The notes under the pieces: model-generated
Database searches by the model: none
The model's input: the letters and a program-made list of their open reading frames with translations, nothing else
Told to the model about the DNA's origin: nothing
Assembly (NCBI RefSeq): GCF_009914755.1
Contig: NC_060926.1
DNA from: the human T2T-CHM13v2.0 reference genome, Homo sapiens
Length of the DNA: 64,000 nt
Direction: 5' to 3' (one strand)
Translations under genes and position numbers: made by a program
Shown here: piece after piece, positions 13,055-26,164 of the stretch
How the letters are laid out: the number at the start of each line of letters is the position of its first letter
Position numbering within the stretch: position 1 is the first letter of the stretch

Positions 13055-13824
13055 TTATATAGCTTTCTTGGACTACAACTTGAAAATATGTATAAAAAAC
13101 CTTAAAATATACATACTTTTGATTTAGCACATAGTCTCTTAGAAGTTATCTTAGAGAAACTGTAAAGGATATAAACAAAAATTTAGCTTCAAGAATATTT
13201 ATATGGTGAAAAATTGGTAACAATGTAAATATTCATAAAAGGGGATATTAAATAAATGTTGCCATTCTTCCATGAACAATCATATTGTAGATTAATATTT
13301 ATTGACGTGGAAACTGCTAATTTCCAGAGGACATTTAAAAATGAATAACAAACTGGGCCACAGACAGCCCTTCAGTATAGTTTACAGCAAAGACTGCACA
13401 GGGCATATTGGTCATAGTGCAATGAAAACATAACCTGAGTAACTTTTGATTAAAGAAAAAATTGAAACTTCTATTTAAAAATATCCAGATAATAAGAATA
13501 AGAGAGTATTACATATCAAATATTATTAAATGACAACATTCTATTCAGAAATAAATTTATGAGGTTAGAAAAACTACTAACATTCCTAAAGAAAGCAGGC
13601 AGAAAGAATATATGATAAGGTTAAAAGTAGATACTAATCAGTATAATTAAAAAGATCACTTTTAGAAGCATGCCAAATTCTACATCTTGTAAAGAATACT
13701 TTCAAAAGCTCACATTCATTGCTGAAGTGTTTATAATAGTAAATACTGGAATAAAGTTAATGTTAAAAAAGATGCAATTGGTTAAATACACTAGGATATA
13801 TCATACATCTGGTGTATCCTAGAA

Positions 13825-15095
<1,271 letters not shown>

Positions 15096-15420
15096 TCATG
15101 TGTATTCTGGTCAGGGAGACCTATAACTTTCATTAGATTCACAAAGATATCTGTGACTCTCAAAAGGTTAAATGCCTCTAACAGATATCAAGATAGTATC
15201 CCTAGACTATCTCTTGGTCGTGAGGTCATGGAGAATTTTAACTTTCTTCTCTATAAATTACTAACTTTTATATAATCAAAATGTATAATTTTTTATTAAT
15301 AGAAGGGAAAAGTTTGTCTCTTATGATTGCTTCTATACTTTTAACAAAGTCTCATTTAAAAAAACCTCCCTCCTTTTTTAGAAGTCTCATTAAAAAATAC
15401 CTCCCTCCTTCTCCCCAACA

Positions 15421-15469
15421 GCGTGCGTGCGTGTGCGCACACACACCCACACACACACACACACACACA
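15421..15469. repeat. (GCGT)n/(CA)n microsatellite
   Basis: Direct reading. Confidence 0.9.
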
Positions 15470-15880
15470 GTTTAGAGGAGTGTTAGCTATAACAGAATAT
15501 TTAATTTTTAAAATTCTTCAAGTAATCTCAGAAACCTAAGAAATTACAAGCAATGAACACTGGGTGTTTCTTAAATCTAGAAATATTTGTTTAAGACGTG
15601 CCTGTGGACTAGAGAGAACAAGTCCTGCATATTACTGCCAGACTGTCCTGCCACTTTAATTCAAAGTGGTTCTAGATCTTTATCCCTTTTTGATCAGAAA
15701 GCTTTCGAATTAAAAAAAAGTAAATTTTAAATTAAATAGACCATGAAAAACATATATATATATATACACGGTACTGCCAGGATTTGGATTTCACTGGCAT
15801 GCTAGAGTTATCTGTGGAGTAAAAAACAGTGTGAAGGTAACAACAGTGAACCTCCCGTTCCAGGTATTTGCCATACTAAC

Positions 15881-15985
15881 CAGTTCCAGCAGAAAATGAG
15901 GTCGTAGCAAAAGCATCACCTTGGGTTGATTGAAAGCCTGGGATCAAACTCTCAGCTGAGCCTCCAAGCTTCTCGGGATGTTTGC
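15881..15985 (-). CDS. AAK1: AAK1 coding exon (approx. exon 16): [34 protein letters not shown]
   Basis: 105 nt, phase 1-1; ctccag| acceptor, CTG|GTTAGT donor. Confidence 0.94.
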
Positions 15986-16661
15986 CTGGAGAGACAAAAC
16001 ACCACTCAGTTCATTCTAGCAGAATCTTGCGAGGCACACACACATGGCAGAGGTAAGGGGCATTCTCTGAACTGACTTCTGGACTTGACTACTTTTACTG
16101 CATTATGGCGACACATTCAAAGGTCCTTGTCTAGTCATTGCAATAACTGAGAGAACGGCTGAGAAAAAAAAGGAAATTGTTAAGAATCAAAAGAGAGCAT
16201 GTCATCAGTTTTGCAAAATGAAAAGCGTTCTGGAGATTGGTTGGTTGCACAACAGTGTGAATGTACTTAACACTACGGAACTGCACATTTAATGCCTCCC
16301 GCCCTCACTTGTAATCTATTCACTTTATACAGCTCTAATGAGTTTGATGATCTGCTTTCCATGTTGGAAGCAGTTTAGGAGAGCAAATGAGAAGAGGGAG
16401 TGGTGGAGATGGCAATAATGAGACGTTATGAGGGACAAGCATAATGACAGTAGCTTAATGTGAAAGCTGACAGCTGAACAGTAAGAAAAGGGAGAGGAAA
16501 TTATTAAAACTCAGGGGCTAGTTATTTGGGTACAAAACTACTACAATTTTCAGTAGTCTATAGAGGTATTTCTATTTACAGTCCAGAATAACAACTGGTA
16601 TACATAACAATGAAACAAAGTTGCCAAAAAAGTTAAGTACTATGCCCTATCTTCTGTTTAA

Positions 16662-16974
<313 letters not shown>

Positions 16975-17178
16975 TTGGAGTTTTAAAAGATTTCTATAAA
17001 ATGATAGTTAAAGCCAAAATGTTTGGCCAATAGTTCATACCACTCAATTGGTTCTCATCATTCCTTTATCCTGCGCCCTTATCTACATTGAGAGTACTTT
17101 TTATTAGAGTACTCTCTAACATTATTAGAATTATTAGAATTATGCATATTAGAATTTGTTCCAAAGTGTGTGCATGTG

Positions 17179-17180
<2 letters not shown>

Positions 17181-17209
<29 letters not shown>
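17181..17209. repeat. (TG)n microsatellite
   Basis: Direct reading. Confidence 0.95.
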
Positions 17210-17211
<2 letters not shown>

Positions 17212-17732
17212 TGCCTTCCAAAGTAGACTGTTCTTCAGGCAGAAGTATATCTTCTATTTATTTAATCATCTTTCTGTGTAGTACAGTAATACAGAACTCT
17301 GACTATAGTGAAAGAAAGATTCAGTGTCCATGTGAAGGCACATTCATGGACAAGCAGTGGCAACTTTCTGGGACAGTAAACCAACCTAGGATGAGAGAAC
17401 CATCACACTCCTCCAAGGAGGGACCATGCCTGATGCTGTTATCCTGGACTATGTCACAAACCTTTTCTACAAGTTTCTTCCCTAAGCATCACACTCTCCT
17501 TGCTACCACCCACAATAGATCAGGATTTCCTGAAGATGAGGACTTCAGGGCCCATGGTAAAAATAAAAACTGACTTGTATGCATACTTTGAAATCAAGCC
17601 TTATGCAAAGGCCCAAGCCTACGTTTCCACATGCATACCCTTCTAGAGTTACGATTCTTTCTCATTCCTGGTTATTTCTTAGCACAGAGAATCTATAATC
17701 AAGAAGCACAAAAAAAGACACAGCTTACTCAC

Positions 17733-17890
17733 CTTCCCCAAGCTTGGCAAAGTCCTTGTTTAGCAGTTCTTCAGCTGTGAGTTTGGAGAAATTATCGTCA
17801 TCAAAGGGATTCCACGTAGACCCTTCTGAAGGATTATAAACGTTTTGTTGAGAGGTCCGAGGAGAGCCTGATGGAGTGGTGGTTGCAGAC
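17733..17890 (-). CDS. AAK1: AAK1 coding exon (approx. exon 15): [52 protein letters not shown](G)
   Basis: 158 nt; tag| acceptor, AAG|GTGAGT donor; WNPF-acidic (WxxF/NPF) endocytic motif; ORF track 17725..17955. Confidence 0.96.
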
Positions 17891-17929
17891 CTAGGTAGGT
17901 TCCCACCCCCACGAAACAAAAAGATATAA

Positions 17930-18331
<402 letters not shown>

Positions 18332-19542
18332 TAAAAGGGCTTTCCACAGCACCTGAAGAATTTCCGCAGATACCCATTCCACTTTGTGAAATGAATGTCT
18401 CCTTTCCTTCATGACTCACTACCTCCCACTACTTCCTTAATCTCTTGCTTAAGTTTTCAGTCTTATCTGCAAGTTGTTTCAGTTCAGGATCTAAAAGCAA
18501 CCTGTTCTTAGACTTGTGTATCTTGTGGTGACCACCATAACATCCACAATAACTGACCTCTGGAAGGGCAGGAAAGAGGTCTATTTAGGCTGCCTCTCAT
18601 CTCTCAGGATCCAGCATGCATAGAGTTAAGGGCCACCATCACAATTAAAAAGAAATAAAGACAGTTACCACTACTTTGTGCATCTAAGTATCATTATATA
18701 ATTTTCTTATAAAGTCTCTCTTAACTTCATTGAAAGATTTTAACTTTAGAGTGTATGGTTCTAAGACAGTTAAGGGTCTGAAACTGCATTTACTCAACAC
18801 TCATCAAAATCTACTTGTCAGGCACAGAACCAGTCACTGGATTTCCAAAGGTTGACTAAGACATGGTCATTGTCTTGGAGAACTCACAAACCAGTTCGGT
18901 CAGACATACAAATAATTAACGACAACACAATGTCATATAAGCTCAAAAAAATGTTCAGACAAAAATTATACATCATATCAGAGGAAGGGTCAAGGAAAAG
19001 TCAACCTCTGACATGGATCTTGATGAATAAATGAACATTCCCTAGGTGGGCAAGGAGGAGCATAGCAGTCCCAGGAGAGGGCACAGGAGGAACAAAGGGC
19101 TCGGGAAGGTGAAGAATGGCAAGTCTGCCTGTGAAACACAACAGGCCCTGCTATGTTAAGCAGTGTGCTCAGCTATCATGAGGAGCCAGTGAAAGACTTT
19201 TCAGCGTGGAGAGACTCGGTCAGATCGAGAGTTCAGAAAACACACTGTAGAGCATGGAACAGGTGAGAGAATGAGAACAGTGGGCCAAGTAGGAAAAGAT
19301 TTCTTAAGATTAGTATGGCCCATGCACTAAAGACAAATTCACAGCTGCTCATTAAACACAAGTACATGCAAGATGAAATGAGCCAGAAAAATAAACAAAC
19401 CAGAAAAATAAACAAACACAAGTACACACCACTGTATTTGCATTACACACATCTACACACTTATGCAAAGAATCACACACTAACAGCCGCAGGCAGACTT
19501 TGCCCACAGAGGTAAGAACAACAAAGAGGAAGCACCACATAC

Positions 19543-19772
19543 TTGGACTTATTGAGACTGGCCTCAGCTGCAGCTGCCTGGAGCAGCTGGGTTGATTTGC
19601 TGGCAGGGACCCCAAAGACTGCACTGTGGGTTACGTCACTGAGAATACGCCTGTGCCCAGCACGTTGGGTTTTGGGGGATGAGGGTGGAGTGAGAGATCC
19701 AACTTTCTGCCCCTGGACGGCAGGAGGTGGGGTTGTCTGAACCTTTGGCTGTTGTCTTACTGGGGCTTGAAT
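19543..19772 (-). CDS. AAK1: AAK1 coding exon (approx. exon 14): [76 protein letters not shown](K)
   Basis: 230 nt; TAGCAG acceptor, |GTATGT donor; HRRILSDV motif shared with BMP2K (recalled). Confidence 0.96.
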
Positions 19773-20349
19773 CTGCTAGGAAGAGAGACGGAAAGTGTTT
19801 CATTAAATTAAAAAAAAAAGTTAAAGGAAAAACAAACAGATAAGTGTAACAACAACAACAAAAAATGCCACATAAGCACTAACATGAAACTCACATGGCT
19901 AAGTTTATCAATAATGCCCAGAAAGAAAAATCCAGGCTTTGACAATCTGTGCTGCAACTTTGAGACTGATAACAACATGGTATTTGCCTGATACACATAA
20001 ATTTCAATCTTTATCAGCGATAATATATAGGGTAACCATATGTTAACCATATTCAGCTCAAAGCATAAGAATGCAGAAGCTATTCCAGCTGTAAAGATCT
20101 AGAATTTATCATAAAGGACCACTTTCTATTTCTGGAGTCACATACAAACTCATTCAGAATGCTTTCAAAGGGCAAGCAATAGATCCTATCACTACAGGTA
20201 AAGGCCAATGAAGACGTATCTCCAGCGAAACACATTTAAGCTGAATGATTTCTGCTAAGAGATCCCTCACTCTCTGCCATAGCGAGACCACAGGTTGGGA
20301 GTGAGTCAGAGAAAATTCTACTGTGATTAATAAATGTTACTGCTCGTTT

Positions 20350-21000
20350 GTTTTGAACTTTTATTTTAGGTTCGGGGGTACATGTGCAGGTTTGTTATAC
20401 AGGTAAACAGGCAAACTCGTGTCACGGGGGTTTGTTGTACAGATTATTTTGTCACCAAGGTACTAAGCCTAGTACACAAGAGTTATTTTTTCTGATCCTC
20501 TCCCTCCTCCCACCCTCCACCTTCAAGGAGGCCCCAGCGTCTGTTGTTTCCCTCTTTGCGTCCATGAGTTCTCATCATGTAGCTCTCATTTGTAAGTGAG
20601 TGCATGTGCTATTTGGTTTTCTATTCCTCCAATAGTTTGCTAAGGATAATGGCCTCCAGCTCCAACCATGTTCTTGCAAAGCCTCCATCCTCCTTCTTTT
20701 TTATGGCTGCATAGTATTCCATGGTATATATGTACCACATTTTCTTTATCCAATCTCCCATTGATGGGCATTTAGGTTGATCCCATGTCTTTGCTGTTAT
20801 GAATAGTGCTGCAATGAACATACACATGCATGTGTCTTTATGGCAGAACAATTTATATTCCTTTGAGTATACACCCAGTAATGGGATTGCTGGGTTGAAT
20901 AGTAGTTCTCTTTTTAGCTCTGTGAAGAATCGCCACACTGCTTTCCACAATGGTTGAACTAACTTATACTCCCATCAAGAATGTATAAGCATTCCCTTTT
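20350..21000 (-). mobile_element. Older L1PA-type 3' end fragment
   Basis: ggtacatgtgcaggtttgtta...atggctgcatagtattccatgg...gaatcgccacactgctttccacaatggttgaac; ORF 20621..20950 is L1 ORF2 C-terminus. Confidence 0.9.
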
Positions 21001-23574
21001 TTGTTTTGTTGTTAAGGCTCTTTATTTCACTGATGGGATGGGTATATAAGATCCTATTTCTGTGGCAACTCCTAAGAAAATATGTAGCATTAGTTTAGTG
21101 GGATTAACTTGTTTCAATCTTCAGTTTGGACATAATATTGAAGAACTGGCAGAGAATATAAGAAGAAGAAAGAAAAAAAAGGTCCTGATGATGACTGAGC
21201 TAATAATACAAGGACTCTTGTGATGTGGGCCATTTTCAAAACAGGCCAAACTGCCACCACAGAACAACATACCGGTGAGAATATCCTTGTGACCACATGA
21301 GTGGTCCTTAAGCATAAGTCACCTATATCAAGGAAAATGAACAAAAAATGTTAAGAAAGCCACCCAACCCCTTTCCTTTACACTATCAACCTAGAGATAA
21401 AATAACTTTGGATATAAAATGCCCCAGGTATTTCACCATCCCTTCCCTCCAGTCCCTCTTCTCAGATTAGAGTTGCTGCTCCATGCTGCAACTCAGTTCA
21501 GCTGCAGTCTCAGTGTCTACAAAGGCAGGCCCTGAGACAGTTTAAGGAAACTAGACTATCCAGCTACCTGGGTCAGGATGCTTCTAGCTTGGGATATTGA
21601 CTGCCCTCATCTTGTCCTCAGGACTTGGAAAATTTATTAAGGTAGACTATGTACACATGTCAGTATTCCATCCACTTAACCAACAGGCTGAATGTTACAA
21701 TATAAGGTTCTAATATCAATCAGAGGTTAGAAGGGTAACAAAGCTGCCCTGCTGAAGGAGAGGCAGAGTGCTCTGTGAAGACAACCACAGCTCCAGCTCC
21801 ACAACTTCCTCTGGGGGTCCAGAGTTGTGCCTGTAACAGCTGGCTGAATACTACCACACATAGGGGTCAGAGGGCTTTGAGGATACACTGAATGGGCTTA
21901 TTTCATGAGACATTCATTAATCTGAAAAGAATACTAAACTGTTGGGTCCCTTTATTTTGAAGAGTCCAGTGACAACTCTATTCTGAGATGAAGGACTGGA
22001 GGGAAGGGATGGTGAAATCTCCAGGGCATTTTACATCCGAAGTTGTTTTGTCTCGAGGTTGATGGCATAAAGGAAAGGAGTTGGATAGTTTTCTTACCAC
22101 TTGGAGAACATTTTTCTCTTCTGTTCTCCAGATGCAGCACACTGAAGATTAGATGCCTCCTTCAGGACACCTTGCCCTATAACAGCAATCTACAGACACT
22201 AAGTGGTTTGTATCTGTTCAGCTACGCCTCCCAGCAACCCTGGCAGACAGTTATACTTCCACTTAGAATCAAAGAATGTGAGAGTTTAAAGGGACCTTAG
22301 AAAATGCAGATTTCAACTCCTGCACTGAGGCCAAATGCTCATTCAAGGTCACAGGGTTAACTGGAAGCAGAGCCCATGTCTCCTGACTGTGGCTCAGGAC
22401 TCTTTTCTGCCCCATGATGCCATCCCATCCAAACAGGATTGGAAAGTGGGAGGAGGGACAGAGAGACCACGGGAGAAGGAATAAAAAGACTCAGATGTCT
22501 ATTTTGCTGACGATTTTTTAAAAATGTAATTATAAAAGGAGTATAATCACATCAAGAAATGTAAGAATATAGAAAACAGACTTCTATTCCATCACTCTAA
22601 TACAACTAGATACAATCCTTATCTTTTTGGTACCTTATACTTTAAGTCTCTTTTCAAGTGTATAGTTTTTCCGTAATTTCACAATTCCTTTAACATTACC
22701 TCATGAGCATTTCTTTTCATACTGTTGTACAGACTTTATAACCGTGCTTTTTAATGGCTGCACAGTTGGGTTTCTCAGCAATTTAGGTTGCTTCCAAATT
22801 CTCTGGGCTATTATTAATAAGACTGCAATAAACATCTAGGGCAAATGGCCATTTCCCCTTTGCTAATTATTGCTTTAAGATGGCTACAGGGTACGCTTTA
22901 CCTTCATCCACTTGCTTCTTTAGATTAGCCCTGCCAAGAGTCAGCGGAGACAAGGATGGGTCAAAGCTGAGAAGCTCTATGGCTCCTGGCCAAAGCATGG
23001 TCTATTTCTGTTTCCTCTCTGTCCCCAAAACCAACTATCCCAGAGCAAAGTGTTCAAAGTGTTTTTTCATCCAAAGAACACGGAGAAAGTTCATAATTCA
23101 TTCCCAAGGGAGTAGACACTTTTGTGTAGGAGAAGCATAGGGGAACCTCATAAGAAGTGTAGTCAGTAGTAGTTGATCATTTTATCACCCTGGATGAGCA
23201 TTTGTTATAATTAAACTTAAACACAGATCAGGATTCTTTGATTCTTGCCCCAGCTCCACTACCATCAGTTCGTATGTCTTGGGCAACCACTTTCTAGTCT
23301 ATGCCTCAGTTTCCAATTCTGTAAAATGAGGAGGCTGAACTGAATAATTAAGGTCCCTTCTAGCTATCTCATGTACTAATTTTTTTAAAAACTCTTTTTC
23401 CATGAAGAAGAGGAACTTTACCTCTTGTTAAAAATACAGAGACTCACTGTCTACTCCATGCCTGCAGGAAGTCTGAGTTGTTTTAGAAACGAAGGTGTAA
23501 AGACACTAAACACACACTTAGCTAAGACTTAAAGAAGACAATCTACGGCACTGCTTCCTTTCGAAGCGATGTAG

Positions 23575-23933
<359 letters not shown>

Positions 23934-24782
23934 CAGAAAGATGGCTTCTTACTTTTCCTTTGTTCCTCTAGTAGTTAGACTTCCCTGGGAGTAACAGGGT
24001 AGCTGTGACACTCTACCAGCTGGGTATGCAAAATGTCTTTTTCTAACACCATAACATTTTCTATCACTATCACTCAGAAAAATAAGAGTACAGAAAAAAA
24101 TCCACTTATCACAGGCCAAAGCATGATGTGCCCGTGTGTGTTGAAACTGTAGAGGACAATCAGACGAGGGGTTCTGATGCCATACTCAGCCAATATCTAA
24201 AAGTGGACATGCCCAATTTCTAAATTGATAAGATGGCTCAAATGACTGGATACTCAGATGCTCTGGTACCCAGGGGGATTACACCAGGGTGAATGGTCTC
24301 AGGTAAGCAGGCCCTTGACGGGAGCTGCATGGTAAACTTAAATAATGTGATTAGTAATGTCATCCAAGACAAAGAATAAACACAACATGGAGGACCCAGG
24401 GCCTGGAAAGGGCACAATGGATCAAACTGCCCCTTGAAGAAGAGAAAGGGATTAGCTTTAATCCTGCCTAGGTCCTTGACTGTTCAAAGTGACACAGACA
24501 GAGATGATGAACAGATCTTCCTGCTAGCCTAGTTTCAGAGTGATAAAAATTAAGAAGGCTCTTCATCAGTAGCCTAGAATCCTTTTTTAAAAAAACCTCT
24601 ATCTTCTATAGAACATCCATACTATTCTTGGATATATCAAGGAAAGATCAAATAATTGAACCACCCAGGTGGGAAAGCAACCTGGACCCTCATCAGCTGC
24701 TGCCATCTTTCCCACCCTTCCCCTAGCTCTCGCTGCACATTCCTCTGCTGCTTTTGTGCTCTGAGCTCTGGTTGATTCTTAC

Positions 24783-25061
24783 CGCTGGCTCCTGGGCAGG
24801 GGCTGGCTGTGGGGCTGCAGCTGGCTGTGGCTGGGGCTGCTGTCCTGCTGCCATAGTGGGCTTTTGCTGCAAGGCAGCCTGCTGAGTCATCAGCTGTTGT
24901 TGATGCAGGGCTGTGGCCAGCTGTTGCTGTTGCTGTTGTTGTTGCTGCTGCTGCTGCTGCTGGTAGAAATTCTGCATTAGCTGCTGTTGAGAGCCTCCTT
25001 GGGACACCACAGGGAACTGAGCAATTGCTGGTTGCTGGGTTGCTGGATGTACTGCCTGAAA
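24783..25061 (-). CDS. AAK1: AAK1 coding exon (approx. exon 13), polyQ exon: [33 protein letters not shown](Q14)LATALH...QEPA
   Basis: 279 nt, phase 0-0; cag| acceptor, |GTAAGA donor; ORF track 24723..25010. Confidence 0.96.
24921..24962 (-). repeat. AAK1: Coding polyQ repeat (CAG)6(CAA)3 CAG CAA CAG CAA CAG = Q14
   Basis: Direct reading. Confidence 0.95.
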
Positions 25062-25635
25062 CTGAGCAAGAAATGAGGAGATGAATAAGGGCCTGTCCCA
25101 GAATAATAGTCACAAAAGACAAATGTCTCAAAAACAATGAAGACCAGTGCTAAAGCCAAAGGCAAGGGCAAGTAGAAAAGTCTTGAGGCTAGGCCTAAAA
25201 TCTCATGATAGAGACCTCAGGGAATTAAAATACAACACAGCAGCAGTCCCTTACACTGCTAGGCTCCATCCATTGCACCAGGCTGCCTCCTGCACTACAG
25301 ACTGGCCTTCCAAGTGGGTTTCTGGGCCTTGCCTAAGGGAAGCTATCTGACTAAACATCATGTGACTCCATAAGCTAGAGTATAGCAGGAGCTAATAAAC
25401 GATCTCCTAATCATAGAGGTAATCCTTCTTATAAAGGGATTTGAAGTAGCCAAGATTAAAATGCTTCCCTACCTGAACAGGATGAAGCAATGATGACACT
25501 GAAAAGAATAACCTAAATGTTAACTCAACTATTAAGACTCATCTCAAGTCTTACTAAAAATTATTTCCCAAGAGCTCCATTTTTATTAAACTTCCTTAAA
25601 CATTCAAAATAGCCAGTGTGCTCTATGACGCTTCC

Positions 25636-25940
25636 TTTTGTTTGTTTGTTTGAGATAGTGTCTTGCTGTGTTGCCCAGGCTGGGATGTAGTGGTGCAAGC
25701 AATCTCGGCTCACTGCACCCTTGACCTCCTGGGCTCAAGTGATCATTCCACCTCAGCCTCCTAAGTACCTGGTATCACAGGTGCACACTACCATGCCTGG
25801 CTAATTTTTTTTCTTATTTTTTGTAGAGACACAGTCTCACAATGTTGCCCAGGCTGTCTCGACCTCCTGGGCTCAAGCAATCCTCCCGCTTCGGCCTCTG
25901 AAGATGCTGAGATTACAAGCATGAGCCACTGTATCTGGCC
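25636..25940 (-). mobile_element. AluJ-like
   Basis: Alu consensus. Confidence 0.88.
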
Positions 25941-26164
25941 CACACTTCTTATATGTCTCTCTAATCCCCACTGTTAGGGGCTATGTGCTACATACACAAA
26001 CAGAGCTCAAAATAAGGGCCTGCTGATGAACTAAGGTCAACACTGTATCTTTGAACATCCCGTATACTTTACGTAGTTATTAGAGTCAATTGGGAGGATA
26101 CTGTTTGTCTACTGGGGCAAAGTTAAAGGGTTAACAAATTAGAAGATGTCAAAAAAAAAAAATA

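Noticed and set aside
20621-20950. 109-aa ORF with coding-like composition (also 535..738)
   Set aside because: Remnant of L1 ORF2 C-terminus within a truncated element
24637-25137. Alternative-frame poly-Ala/Thr ORF over the polyQ exon (likewise 29201..29623 and 29262..29522)
   Set aside because: Shifted frames of CAG/CAA repeats lack stops; no splice phase supports them
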